From assembly GCA_900557185.1 (NCBI GenBank), contig USRP01000001.1, positions 11-64,010 of the forward strand: 64,000 bases of DNA. The letters are read 5' to 3'. Below the pieces are notes generated by a model. The model saw only the letters and a program-made list of their open reading frames with translations, was not told where the DNA came from and searched no databases. Positions within the stretch are counted from its first letter, which is position 1, and every line of letters starts with the position of its first letter. The position numbers and the translations under genes were made by a program. This DNA comes from an uncultured Mycoplasmatota bacterium (lineage in GTDB: Bacteria > Bacillota_I > Bacilli_A > RF39 > UBA660). Shown here in pieces: positions 1 through 10,038 of this stretch.

Positions 1-63
1 AAATTTTCTTTTATTATGCAAATAAATCACACTGTTTTAATATGAGTATATATATTCTGTAAG

Positions 64-873
64 TTATTGCATCGCCTGCATCACATTATGGTACACTTCT
101 GTATATCGTTTTTCAGGTATTGGCAAGGTTTCTCCTGTTACCAATGTAACATAATATCTTTCCACTTTAGAAACGTGGTGGCAGTTAATAAGATAACTTC
201 TATGAATACGACAGAAAAAATCAGGAAGCACAGAGGCCAAATAACCGATAGATTTATGTATCACAATATTCTGGTGTACTGTATGTAAAATACTATATTT
301 ATCTGCCGCTTCTATATAAATGATAGAGTCTGACCGAATACCATAAGTAGATTTTGGAGTTTGAATAATTACTTTATTTTTTCTGTCATTAGTTTCTTTT
401 AAAAGTTTTTTTACATAATGATAAGTCTGTGTGCTGATTTCGAAAGGGAATAATTCATCCTCTTTCAAATCATTCCACTCATTAGATACATGCATATGAT
501 AAAGTCGGTAGGCGTCATGTTCCAGCCTATAACAAAAGGTAATACGCTGTTTTGAAGCACAGATTAAATCTGCATTTTCATCTGAAAACAGTAAATATTC
601 TCCTAATACAACTATATGGCTGTCACTACCAGTTTCCAGTATATAAAAATGAGGATTTACCATTTGAAAGGCAGGCATAATAAAACCATTTTTAAACTGA
701 GTTTTTATTTCTTCCGCGCCAAATACCAGAAGATTTCCTGGTCCCAGCCAAACGCAATCTTCTGCTAAAACCGAAAACAAAGGCTCTGTATTTAATTTAT
801 AATATTCTCTTATTAAATACTGTGTTAAATTTGCAATGTTATCCGCATTCAATTCCATCATATGCTCCAACAT
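64..873 (-). CDS. LytTR-family DNA-binding transcriptional regulator with a non-receiver (NTF2/SnoaL-like) N-terminal domain
   Basis: C-terminal LytTR motif (…IHRSYLINCHHV…, ~100 aa). The N-terminal ~150 aa lacks the REC D-D-K signature and looks like an NTF2-like fold. Confidence 0.6.
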   Translation of the reverse strand: MLEHMMELNADNIANLTQYLIREYYKLNTEPLFSVLAEDCVWLGPGNLLVFGAEEIKTQFKNGFIMPAFQMVNPHFYILETGSDSHIVVLGEYLLFSDENADLICASKQRITFCYRLEHDAYRLYHMHVSNEWNDLKEDELFPFEISTQTYHYVKKLLKETNDRKNKVIIQTPKSTYGIRSDSIIYIEAADKYSILHTVHQNIVIHKSIGYLASVLPDFFCRIHRSYLINCHHVSKVERYYVTLVTGETLPIPEKRYTEVYHNVMQAMQ

Positions 874-994
874 TCTCCTTTGGAGGTATTATATCAAATA
901 ACAAATTTAAAAATCTACCTATTTTCGTTAATGACGGTCCAATAGCGTGAATAACGATTTTTTGGCATCAAATAAAGTATGTAGTGAAAAAAGA

Positions 995-1023
995 AAAAGC
1001 GTTCATCTAAAGATGAACGCTTT
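995..1023. terminator. Bidirectional intrinsic terminator hairpin (agcgttcatc-taa-gatgaacgct) flanked by A and T runs, just downstream of the tRNA-Arg 3' end
   Basis: Perfect inverted repeat followed by tttt on the plus strand, and aaaa on the other side. Confidence 0.45.
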
Positions 1024-1100
1024 TGGCGTGCCTGAAGGGATTCGAACCCCTGACCTTTTGGTTCGTAGCCAAACACTCTATCCAGCTGAGCTACGGGCGC
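1024..1100 (-). tRNA. tRNA-Arg (anticodon ACG)
   Basis: The reverse complement reads GCGCCCGTAGCTCAGCTGGATAGAGTGTTTGGCTACGAACCAAAAGGTCAGGGGTTCGAATCCCTTCAGGCACGCCA. It has a cloverleaf, a GTTCGAATC T-loop, anticodon loop CT-ACG-AA, and an encoded CCA. Confidence 0.9.
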
Positions 1101-1293
1101 AATGACAAATTTTCATCAAAAATTTCTCATTGACAATTCCAATTATATAATAATTTATTAGAATTTGCAACCCTTTTTCACTATTTTATGAGACTTTCTA
1201 GGAATATATGACAATAACTTCCAGAAAAAAGAAAGAGAAAATAGTATATTTTTAGAATTTATAGTATAATAGTCATGTAAAAAGAGGGATGAA

Positions 1294-3837
1294 ATGAAAA
1301 AGAAAATACAAGAGAACAAAACAAAATATATTCATTATGGATGTATTATTTTATTTTTATTACTGATGATGTTATTACCACTTGGGTTTGATTCTATGTT
1401 TGGATCTAAAACCGATTGGATAGGTCAGCATACGACATTTGCTGATTATTTTCGCATGTTATTTTATAATACAGGAGATTTATTTCCCGATTATGCATTT
1501 CACATTGGAGGAGGAAATAACATTTATTTCTTTTCATATTATGGTTTATTAAATCCATTACTGATGTTATCTTATTTATTTCCATTCCTATCTATGTCTA
1601 CTTATATTATGATTTTAAATATCATTTTAGTATTGGTAACCGGTATTTTATTATATGAGTTTTTATTACATAAAAAATACTCTAATAACCTATCATTGTT
1701 AGTAACATTGATTATGATGTCAGCATCTTTTCTAATATTCCATGCCCATCGTCATTATATGTTTATCAATTATATGCCATTTTTAATTTTAGCGTTATTT
1801 GGTATTGATCGATATTTTGAAACAAAGAAAAAAGGTTTATTTATATTTAGTATATTCATGATGATTATGTTAAGTTACTACTATAGTGTAACGGGAATTG
1901 TTGTCTGTGCCCTTTATACAATTGCTGAAGTAATCCGCAGAGAAAATACATATTCATTTAAGAAAATATTACAAAAAGGATATCCATTATTACTTTGTAC
2001 TTTTCTTGCCATCATGATGTCATGTATTTTGTTATTGCCAACTGCTTCTGTTATTTTATCAGGACGTGGTAGTGAAGAGAGTACTATTTCTCTTTTATCA
2101 CTGTTTATTCCTAGTGCGAATATAGATGGCTTAGTTTATGATCCATATACATTAGGTGTTACAGCAACCGCAGTACTTGCTATTTTCACAAGTGTATTTA
2201 GTAAGAAAAAAGAACATTGTTTTTTAAGTATTAGTTTTTTACTCATCTTGTGTTTTCCAATATTTGTATATATTTTAAATGGAACCCTTTATGTACGTGA
2301 GAAAATATTGTTCCCATTCTTTCCTATTTTAGCATTATTTCTAGTAAATTTACTGAAAGAATTAGAAACAGGAGAAATTAAATTAAAACCAATTGTGATC
2401 ACAACTGTTATTTTCTCATTACTTGCCATAGTAAGTGGCTCTCAAATATGGATTTATTACCTCGATTTAGCGTTCGTTCTAATATTGTTATATGTAACAG
2501 TGAAGAAAAAGAATGTCTATATTTTGGGGATTGGAACACTCATCATTGCCATGACAACTTGTTTTAATACCCAATTACAAGAAGATTATCCAACAAGAGA
2601 TGAATATTATAATCAAATACAGTCATCTGTAAAACAAGACTTAATTGAACCAGTTTTAGAAAAAGAAGAAGAATTTGTTCGTATGAATGATCGCAATGAT
2701 GTTTTATATACAGTGAATAAAGTATATAGCCCATATTCATATCGTACTTCGATTTATTCATCAACATATAATAAAAACTATGTAGACTTTTTACGAAATG
2801 ATTTAAAGATTGCCTATGCTTCTAGAAATCCTATGATTTTAAAAGAAAATGATGATATTTTTGAATCTTATTTCCTAGGTGTTAAGTATATTGTGACAAC
2901 GACAGAACAAGGACCTGGTTATAAAAAGATTGCTGAAAAATACGATCAGAAAACAGATAGAACTTATTATTTATATGAAAATGAAAATGTATTACCTGTA
3001 TTATATGGTAGAAGTAAAACAATGGGTGAAGATACATATCAAAAGTTAGATTATCCGGAAAGTGTTCTAGCACTTTTACAATACACAATCACAGAAGATT
3101 CCAAAGAAACACCAGTTGTAGATGAAATAGAAACATTAGAATCATTAGATGTTACAAAGTTAGAAAACGTCACTATCAAAGAGAAAAAGGATGAAACAGT
3201 GATAACAGCTAAAGATGATGCGACATTTAGAATTACACTACCTGAAGAACTTGGGAATGACCTCATTGTGTTTGAGATGAATATTACCGAACAAGCTAGT
3301 TGTGAAAATGGAGATCTCAGCATGACAATTGAAGGTGTCGAAAACAAACTAACTTGTGAAGAATGGCAATATCAAAATCATAATAATACGTTTCACTATG
3401 TCATTTCTCATCGTGAACATAAAAATTATTTAGAAGTCACATTGGAAAAAGGAACATATCATTTTAAAAATATAAAAACTTATCGTATTCCAAGTACCGT
3501 ATTATCAGATGTAACAAGTGATATTACTCCATTTCATCTCAATAAAGAAAAGACGAAGGGAGATCATTTAGAAGGAAACATTACCATGTCAGAAGATGGA
3601 TATTTTGTTACAAGTATTCCATATGATAAAGGCTTTACAGTATATGTAGATGGAAAAGAAGTCGAATATGAAACCGTAAATCATGCTTTTTTAGGTTTTC
3701 CACTGGAAAAAGGAACACACCATATTACACTAACATATGAAGCACCACTTAAAAAAGTAGGAATGGTAACAAGTATCCTTGGATTTATTATTTTTATAGG
3801 AATTATTGTAATTGATAAAAAGAAAGAAGTGAGATAA
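1294..3837 (+). CDS. yfhO: YfhO-family polytopic membrane protein (GT-C type glycosyltransferase for teichoic-acid/glycopolymer glycosylation) with a large extracytoplasmic C-terminal domain
   Basis: 847 aa. About 13 N-terminal TM helices followed by a ~350 aa soluble domain, a size and topology typical of YfhO. It sits immediately upstream of, and overlaps, a GtrB/CsbB-like GT2 gene. Confidence 0.6.
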   Translation: MKKKIQENKTKYIHYGCIILFLLLMMLLPLGFDSMFGSKTDWIGQHTTFADYFRMLFYNTGDLFPDYAFHIGGGNNIYFFSYYGLLNPLLMLSYLFPFLSMSTYIMILNIILVLVTGILLYEFLLHKKYSNNLSLLVTLIMMSASFLIFHAHRHYMFINYMPFLILALFGIDRYFETKKKGLFIFSIFMMIMLSYYYSVTGIVVCALYTIAEVIRRENTYSFKKILQKGYPLLLCTFLAIMMSCILLLPTASVILSGRGSEESTISLLSLFIPSANIDGLVYDPYTLGVTATAVLAIFTSVFSKKKEHCFLSISFLLILCFPIFVYILNGTLYVREKILFPFFPILALFLVNLLKELETGEIKLKPIVITTVIFSLLAIVSGSQIWIYYLDLAFVLILLYVTVKKKNVYILGIGTLIIAMTTCFNTQLQEDYPTRDEYYNQIQSSVKQDLIEPVLEKEEEFVRMNDRNDVLYTVNKVYSPYSYRTSIYSSTYNKNYVDFLRNDLKIAYASRNPMILKENDDIFESYFLGVKYIVTTTEQGPGYKKIAEKYDQKTDRTYYLYENENVLPVLYGRSKTMGEDTYQKLDYPESVLALLQYTITEDSKETPVVDEIETLESLDVTKLENVTIKEKKDETVITAKDDATFRITLPEELGNDLIVFEMNITEQASCENGDLSMTIEGVENKLTCEEWQYQNHNNTFHYVISHREHKNYLEVTLEKGTYHFKNIKTYRIPSTVLSDVTSDITPFHLNKEKTKGDHLEGNITMSEDGYFVTSIPYDKGFTVYVDGKEVEYETVNHAFLGFPLEKGTHHITLTYEAPLKKVGMVTSILGFIIFIGIIVIDKKKEVR

Positions 3838-4778
3838 TGGATAAAATTTCGATTGTTGTACCTTGTTATAATGAAGAAGAAAGTATTCCACTATTTTATG
3901 AAGAAATTAAAAAACAAGAACAGAAAATGAAAGATGTATGTTTTGAGCTCTGGTTTGTAGATGATGGTTCAAAAGATCGTTCCTTGGAATTAATGAAAGA
4001 ATTACATGAGAAAGATAAAGAAGTACATTATCTATCTTTTTCGAGAAATTTTGGAAAAGAAGCAGCTATTTATGCAGGATTAGAAGCTGCTACCGGAAAC
4101 TATATTACTTTGATGGATGTAGATTTACAGGACCCTCCAAAACTATTAGAAGAAATGTATGAAGGGATTACGAAAGAAGGATATGATGTAGTTGCGACAA
4201 AAAGTACAAGTCGTAATGGCTATTCCTTCTTCCGTAAAACATTTACAAAGTGGTTCTATCATTTAATCAATAAAATCTCTAAAGTAGAAATGGTTGACGG
4301 AGCAAGAGATTTCCGTTTAATGAAACGAAAAGTTGTCAAAGAAATTATAAAAATGAAAGAATATAATCGCTATTCAAAAGGACTTTTCAGTTTTATAGGA
4401 TTTAAAACAAAATGGATTACTTATGAGAATCCAGAACGATCAGCAGGAAATACCAAATTTAACTTTTGGAAATTATTTGCTTATGCAGTAGAAGGAATTG
4501 TAGGTTTCTCAACTGTTCCTCTAGCAATCGCTGCGATTGTCGGTCTACTTTTCTGTTTAATTTCATTCTTAATGATTATTATTATCATTGTTCGTACACT
4601 GATTTGGTCAGATCCAACGAGTGGATGGCCATCTATGGTTTGTATTATGTTTTTCTTAAGTGGAATTCAATTATTCTGTACAGGAATTATTGGTGAATAT
4701 CTTTCTAAAACATATTTAGAAACAAAACATCGTCCTATTTATATTTTAAGAGAATCAAGTGAAGAGGAGGAAGAGTAA
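3837..4778 (+). CDS. csbB: Family 2 glycosyltransferase, CsbB/GtrB-like (undecaprenyl-phosphate sugar transferase) with two C-terminal TM helices
   Basis: N-terminal VVPCYNEEE…DDGSKD… and DVDLQDPP (DxD) motifs of GT2 dolichol-P-mannose-synthase-like enzymes. C-terminal membrane anchor. ATGA overlap with yfhO. Confidence 0.7.
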   Translation: MDKISIVVPCYNEEESIPLFYEEIKKQEQKMKDVCFELWFVDDGSKDRSLELMKELHEKDKEVHYLSFSRNFGKEAAIYAGLEAATGNYITLMDVDLQDPPKLLEEMYEGITKEGYDVVATKSTSRNGYSFFRKTFTKWFYHLINKISKVEMVDGARDFRLMKRKVVKEIIKMKEYNRYSKGLFSFIGFKTKWITYENPERSAGNTKFNFWKLFAYAVEGIVGFSTVPLAIAAIVGLLFCLISFLMIIIIIVRTLIWSDPTSGWPSMVCIMFFLSGIQLFCTGIIGEYLSKTYLETKHRPIYILRESSEEEEE

Positions 4779-4790
4779 CTCCTCTTTTTG
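4764..4790 (+). terminator. Intrinsic terminator after csbB-like gene
   Basis: gaggag…ctcctc stem followed by ttttt. Confidence 0.5.
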
Positions 4791-4834
4791 AATGTCTGGT
4801 TATTTTTGGAATATGTTGTAATAGAGGTGTTCTC

Positions 4835-6343
4835 ATGAAAGATAAAGGATTGATTTTGCTACTGAGTGTTCCAATTGTTATGAGTTTATTTTTTCTTAGT
4901 ACGTATTTATGTATGCAGTTAAAATTAAAAGGAAAAGCAACCATGGTTGTCAAATACAAAGAACCATTTCAAGATCCAGGAGTAACCGCAACAATCATGG
5001 GGAAACCAACAAAAGTAAAAATTCATGGAAGAGTAAATATCAATCAAATTGGAACCTATGAATTAGTGTATGAATTGAAAAATCGTATTGGTATGGTACG
5101 AAAAAAAACCAGGACAGTCATTGTCAAGAGTAACGAAGCACCAACTATCACATTAAAAGGAAATGAGATTGAATATGTAGCTTTAAATACAACATATGAA
5201 GAACCGGGATATACTGCAGTTGACGTAGAAAATAATGATCTAAGTGATCAAGTAATTACGAGTGGTGAAGTAGATCCAAAACGATTTGGGATTTATGTTA
5301 TTAAATACGAAGTGATTGATAAAAGTGGAAATAAGACCGTTACAAAAAGAAAGGTAATTGTAAAAGATAATGAGAAACCAACGTTAGAATTGAAAGGATA
5401 TGAAGCAATTACACTATATACAGATGAGAAATACGAAGAACCAGGTTTTATTGCTACTGATAACATGGATCATGATATTACCAAAAAAGTGATTGCTAAA
5501 GATAATATCAAACAAAAACCAGGTGTTTATCAAGTCAAGTATCAAGTGACTGATTCTAGTGGAAACACAGTCAAGAAAGAACGACAAGTATATGTTATAA
5601 AACATGAAACATATAAAGATGAATATGACAATTTAGATAATCAAACAAAAGGATGGTGGTCTGATAATAAATTAGATCATAAAAGACCATTAGGTGGTAA
5701 TTACGGTAAATCATTAGAAGCATACCATGCTTATCATTTAGGAGAAAATAAAAAGATTATTTATTTAACATTTGATGAAGGTGGTAATGAAACATATATG
5801 AAAGAAATTGTCGATGTATTAAACAATAATCATGTCAAAGCAACTTTCTTTCTCTGCCAAAACTATATTGCTACAAATGATACTTTGATAAGAGAAATGG
5901 TCAATGCAGGACATAGTATTGGAAATCATACCCATCATCATAAGAGCATGCCTAGTTTAGCAACCAAAGAAACATTTGATGAATATGTAAAAGAAATCAA
6001 AGATGTAGAAAATATCTATCACCAAGTTACAGGAAAAGAAATGGATAAAATATATCGTGAACCAAAAGGAGAATGGAGTGAACGCAGTCTAAAAATTGTC
6101 AGTGACTTAGGATACTATACTTATTTTTGGAGTGCTGATCACTATGACTTTGGAGAAGATGTTTCCAAAGAAGAAACACTGAATCGTTTGTTAAAAAGAT
6201 ATCACAAAGGAGCAATTTATTTGTTACACCCTAAGAATAAAGGAAACTATGAAGCATTAGACGAATTCATTAAAACAATGAAAGAAAAAGGCTATCAATT
6301 TGGTCTCGTAAAGGACATACAAAGAACACAAAAACAGAGTTAA
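4835..6343 (+). CDS. Secreted/membrane-anchored polysaccharide deacetylase (NodB homology domain) with four N-terminal Ig-like (DUF5011-type) repeats
   Basis: N-terminal signal/TM segment. Four repeats of ~75 aa (…KYKEPFQDPGVTA…, …YEEPGYTAVD…, …YEEPGFIATD…). C-terminal TFDEGG…HSIGNHTHHH…LLHP motifs of CE4 deacetylases. Confidence 0.65.
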   Translation: MKDKGLILLLSVPIVMSLFFLSTYLCMQLKLKGKATMVVKYKEPFQDPGVTATIMGKPTKVKIHGRVNINQIGTYELVYELKNRIGMVRKKTRTVIVKSNEAPTITLKGNEIEYVALNTTYEEPGYTAVDVENNDLSDQVITSGEVDPKRFGIYVIKYEVIDKSGNKTVTKRKVIVKDNEKPTLELKGYEAITLYTDEKYEEPGFIATDNMDHDITKKVIAKDNIKQKPGVYQVKYQVTDSSGNTVKKERQVYVIKHETYKDEYDNLDNQTKGWWSDNKLDHKRPLGGNYGKSLEAYHAYHLGENKKIIYLTFDEGGNETYMKEIVDVLNNNHVKATFFLCQNYIATNDTLIREMVNAGHSIGNHTHHHKSMPSLATKETFDEYVKEIKDVENIYHQVTGKEMDKIYREPKGEWSERSLKIVSDLGYYTYFWSADHYDFGEDVSKEETLNRLLKRYHKGAIYLLHPKNKGNYEALDEFIKTMKEKGYQFGLVKDIQRTQKQS

Positions 6344-6399
6344 ATTTCTATACAAAGATTTCTTTTTATAGTATAATGAAAATATAAGGAGTGTGTCCT

Positions 6400-7917
6400 A
6401 TGACAGAAGATAATAAAAAGGTGAAAAACCAAGAAGAAATGCCTCATTTAGAACCATCTCAAGAAGTAGATTTCCAAATGGGGGAAGAAACAGAAAAAGT
6501 AACACCTAAAGTAGAGGAAACAAAAAAAGAAGAAGTAAAAAAGCCAACATTAGAAGAACAAAAAAGAGCAGATGAAAAGAAATTACATAAGAGTTCGCCA
6601 AAGATTTTTGTTATTTTGGCAGCAGTAATCTTAATTGTAATTAGTTTTGTAGGGTATTATGTATTTGCCTCTAATCCTAAGAGAATATTAGTTTCATCCA
6701 TTGATTCATTAAATAAGAAAATGAATACTTTAAATACTAACATAAGTAAATATCAAACAAACTTAAAAGATAATTTTAAATTAGATGGTAGCATGTCTGT
6801 AAAAATCAATTCTGATATTTTAGAAGCATATGGTTCTATGGGAATGTATCCAGAATTAACACAAATATTAACTAATTTAGAAAATACAGAATTTCAATAT
6901 GAATATCAACAAAATATAGAAGATAAAAAACTATATTTTAAATTAACACCAAGCTTAAATGGAAAAGAATTAACAAATGTTACTTATTATAATGAGAGTA
7001 GTAATCAATACATATTAATTAAAGAAATCGCTTCAGAATACTTAGAATTAAATCAATTAGATATCTTTGATACATTACAAAATACAAATATGGATGATTA
7101 TAATTATATTGTTGATGTAGTAAAAGATAGTTTATATCAACATGTAACAAAGAACGATTTTAATATCAGTAACGTCAAAGTAAAAATTGATGGCGAAGAC
7201 AAAGAAGTAAAGAAAGTTGCTTTGACATTAGATGCGAAAAGAGCAAACGAATTATTTGATCAAGTAATCAATGATTTAAAGAAAGATAAAAAAGCCAATA
7301 AGATTATGAATCGTATTTCTCCAGAGTTTAAAAATTATAAGAAACAAGAAGTAGATAATAAAGATTCTTCTGTTTTGAATTTTATAACTTATGTTACAAA
7401 ATTCTCTCATGAACCAGTAAAATATGCTTTAACAGTAACTGATTCTTATACAAAAAAAGAAAGTGGAATGGCTTTCACTGATGGAGAAACAAAAGAGTTT
7501 GAAATTATTGAAAACGAAAAAGTAATCGGTACAATTGAAATAAAAGGAAATCTTGAAAAGTTTGACATCACATTAAAAGATGCAAACGGAAAAAGCTTAG
7601 GAACAGGAAAAGGTTCTTATCAAGAAACAAAAGCTAATTTTGATATGTCATTGAATATGGATAAGGATATGGTACTAGCTTTTCACATGAATGCGAAAAA
7701 GGCTGGAAATCAAACTGATTCATCATTCCAATGTGAAATTTTAAGTAGCGATAATCAAAGTTTATTATCTTTTGAAATTGCTGATACAAACACGATTGAT
7801 AATAATACTAATATTAAAGTAGACACAGAAGGTAGTAGAAAAATGACAAAAGCAGACGAACAAAAACTATCTACTTGGCTACAACAATTACTTGCAAATT
7901 ATTTAATTACAGAATAA
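6400..7917 (+). CDS. Hypothetical single-pass membrane protein with a Lys/Glu-rich cytoplasmic N-terminus and a ~400 aa extracytoplasmic domain
   Basis: Long ORF. RBS aaggag 8 nt upstream of ATG 6400. TM helix IFVILAAVILIVISFVGYYVFA. No recognisable family. Confidence 0.5.
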   Translation: MTEDNKKVKNQEEMPHLEPSQEVDFQMGEETEKVTPKVEETKKEEVKKPTLEEQKRADEKKLHKSSPKIFVILAAVILIVISFVGYYVFASNPKRILVSSIDSLNKKMNTLNTNISKYQTNLKDNFKLDGSMSVKINSDILEAYGSMGMYPELTQILTNLENTEFQYEYQQNIEDKKLYFKLTPSLNGKELTNVTYYNESSNQYILIKEIASEYLELNQLDIFDTLQNTNMDDYNYIVDVVKDSLYQHVTKNDFNISNVKVKIDGEDKEVKKVALTLDAKRANELFDQVINDLKKDKKANKIMNRISPEFKNYKKQEVDNKDSSVLNFITYVTKFSHEPVKYALTVTDSYTKKESGMAFTDGETKEFEIIENEKVIGTIEIKGNLEKFDITLKDANGKSLGTGKGSYQETKANFDMSLNMDKDMVLAFHMNAKKAGNQTDSSFQCEILSSDNQSLLSFEIADTNTIDNNTNIKVDTEGSRKMTKADEQKLSTWLQQLLANYLITE

Positions 7918-7964
7918 AAGGAGATGAAAATCTTCTTTTTTCTTTGAAAAATAAGAAAAAATAG

Positions 7965-7994
7965 TTGACAACTAAAAAAACGATATGCTATAAT
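7965..7994 (+). promoter_or_regulatory. Sigma-A type promoter for tRNA-Ala (ttgaca-18 nt-tataat)
   Basis: Consensus -35 at 7965-7970 and -10 at 7989-7994, ~25 nt upstream of the tRNA. Confidence 0.45.
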
Positions 7995-8017
7995 CTATTT
8001 GTCTTCAAAAAAGAAGT

Positions 8018-8094
8018 GGGGGATTAGCTCAGTTGGCTAGAGCACCTGCCTTGCACGCAGGGGGTCGCGGGTTCGAATCCCACATCCTCCACCA
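8018..8094 (+). tRNA. tRNA-Ala (anticodon UGC)
   Basis: GGGGGATTAGCTCAGTTGGCTAGAGCACCTGCCTTGCACGCAGGGGGTCGCGGGTTCGAATCCCACATCCTCCACCA. G3:U70 identity pair, anticodon TGC, encoded CCA. Confidence 0.9.
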
Positions 8095-8103
8095 ATATGA
8101 AAT

Positions 8104-8129
8104 CAACCGTTGAAATTCAACGGTTTTTG
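8104..8129 (+). terminator. Intrinsic terminator after tRNA-Ala
   Basis: caaccgttgaa-att-caacggtt hairpin followed by tttt. Confidence 0.5.
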
Positions 8130-8252
8130 TTTGCTTCAAATGATTTAAGTACATGAAAACAAAGAGCTGAATTTTGACAGTTTTAATTACATTCATTAAT
8201 ATTTTATTTGTTTTTTATGTTATATTATTAGTAATTGAAAGGACTCGGTTGT

Positions 8253-8774
8253 ATGTTATACCAAACACAATATAATTCACCCATTGGTAAAATATTATTA
8301 GTAAGTAATGAACAGTATTTAATTGGCTTATGGATTGAAGGACAAAAGTATTTTGCGAATACTATTAAGAATCAAGAAATAAAATATGAATTAACTCCTG
8401 TTTTAAAAGAGACAACAATATGGTTAGATAATTATTTTCAGGGTAAAAATCCAAATCTTAAAACACTTCCATTGTTACCGAATGGGAGTGAATTTCAAAA
8501 GAATGTATGGGATATATTATGTACAATTCCTTATGGGAAAACAATGACATATGGAGAAATCGCCAACCTTTTATCAAAAAAGAAACATGGAAAAGTATCA
8601 GCTCAAGCAGTAGGGAATGCTGTTGGGCATAATCCCATTTCGATTATCATTCCTTGTCATAGAGTAGTTGGAAAAGATGGAAATCTCACTGGATATGCAG
8701 GAGGAATCGATAAAAAAATAAAGTTATTAAAATTAGAAGGCTTGGATATGGAACAATTTTATGTACCAAAATAA
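8253..8774 (+). CDS. ogt: Methylated-DNA--protein-cysteine methyltransferase (Ogt/MGMT)
   Basis: Active-site PCHRV motif (IPCHRVVG) and a C-terminal HTH typical of O6-alkylguanine-DNA alkyltransferases. Start chosen at MLYQTQYNSPIG. Confidence 0.7.
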   Translation: MLYQTQYNSPIGKILLVSNEQYLIGLWIEGQKYFANTIKNQEIKYELTPVLKETTIWLDNYFQGKNPNLKTLPLLPNGSEFQKNVWDILCTIPYGKTMTYGEIANLLSKKKHGKVSAQAVGNAVGHNPISIIIPCHRVVGKDGNLTGYAGGIDKKIKLLKLEGLDMEQFYVPK

Positions 8775-8859
8775 GTATACTTGACGTCAAGAAGTAGAAA
8801 ATTACTTCATTTTTTGACAATTTGTGTTATGATGTAAGTATAGACTGGAGGAAGATATT

Positions 8860-9603
8860 TTGTTAGAAGGAAAAGTAGCCGTTGTAACGGGAGGAACGAG
8901 AGGAATTGGTTTTGCTACTGTTCGTAAATTTTTACAAAATGGAGCCCAAGTAGTTTTATTTGGAAGCCGTGCAGAAACAGTAGATAAAGCAATTGCTAGT
9001 TTGAAAGAAGAAAATGCTTCTTATGAAGTAATGGGATTATATCCAGATATTTCAGATTTAAAAGCTGTAGAAGAGGCTTTACAAGAGATTGTAGGAAAAT
9101 ATGGACATATTGATATTTTAGTCAATAATGCTGGTATTTCTGCTCGTGATAGTATTTATGATTACACAGAAGAAAGCTTTGATAAGATTATTGACTTAAA
9201 TGTAAAAGGTGTATTTAACTGTTCTAGAGCAGTTGTTCCATATATGAAAAAACAAGGAGGAGGAGTAATCTTAAATACAAGTTCAATGGTAAGTATTTAT
9301 GGTCAAGCAGCAGGTTGTGGTTATCCAACAAGTAAGTTTGCTGTAAATGGTATGACGAAATCACTTGCAAGAGAACTTGGAAAAGATCATATTCGTGTAA
9401 ATGCAGTTGCTCCTGGAGTAATTCATACAGAAATGGTTGATGTGTTACCAAAAGAAGTAATTCAACCAATTATCAATAGTATTCCACTTGGAAGAATGGG
9501 AGAACCAGAAGATATTGCGAATGCATTTGCATTCCTTGCTAGTGATCAAGCAAGCTTTATTACTGGAGCAATTCTATCAGTAGATGGAGCTGGTATGTGC
9601 TAA
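8860..9603 (+). CDS. SDR-family oxidoreductase (FabG-like 3-oxoacyl-ACP reductase type), TTG start
   Basis: TGGTRGIG Rossmann motif, NNAG, and catalytic YxxxK (YPTSK). RBS ggagga upstream of TTG. Confidence 0.7.
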   Translation: MLEGKVAVVTGGTRGIGFATVRKFLQNGAQVVLFGSRAETVDKAIASLKEENASYEVMGLYPDISDLKAVEEALQEIVGKYGHIDILVNNAGISARDSIYDYTEESFDKIIDLNVKGVFNCSRAVVPYMKKQGGGVILNTSSMVSIYGQAAGCGYPTSKFAVNGMTKSLARELGKDHIRVNAVAPGVIHTEMVDVLPKEVIQPIINSIPLGRMGEPEDIANAFAFLASDQASFITGAILSVDGAGMC

Positions 9604-9632
9604 AAAAAGAGTGATTCACTCTTTTTCTTTTA
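9604..9632. terminator. Bidirectional terminator (agagtgattcactct) between convergent genes
   Basis: Perfect hairpin flanked by A-run and T-run. Confidence 0.5.
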
Positions 9633-9948
9633 GTTTCCAATATTGATCATACATTTTTTGAACACTATTTTCTAAAGTATAATAATAGAAAATATAAGGA
9701 ATTAGTAAACATAAAAATAGGAAAAATAGGAGTAGTAATCCCAAGTGACATAATATAAGTGCTCCTAGTAGAGTAAGCATTGAAAGAATTGCAAATATAC
9801 CAGTTACAATCAAATGAACAAGTCTTTCATGTTGATAAAATTGAATTTGTTGTAAATGATCAACGATGACTTGGGAACGGTTGTGGATATCTTTTTCAGA
9901 AAGTAACTTTTCCACAGTATTAAGATAATTTTTTAACTTTTTATTCAT
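9616..9948 (-). CDS. Hypothetical small membrane protein (2 TM)
   Basis: ORF with hydrophobic C-terminal half. No family recognised. Confidence 0.4.
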   Translation of the reverse strand: MNKKLKNYLNTVEKLLSEKDIHNRSQVIVDHLQQIQFYQHERLVHLIVTGIFAILSMLTLLGALILCHLGLLLLFFLFLCLLIPYIFYYYTLENSVQKMYDQYWKLKEKE

Positions 9949-10038
9949 ATCATCACCTAGTTTTATTATAACAACAACTGTAAAGAAAGTAGAATATTAT
10001 TGTCAAAAAACGTCAAATTAGATAAATTTTCCAATTTA

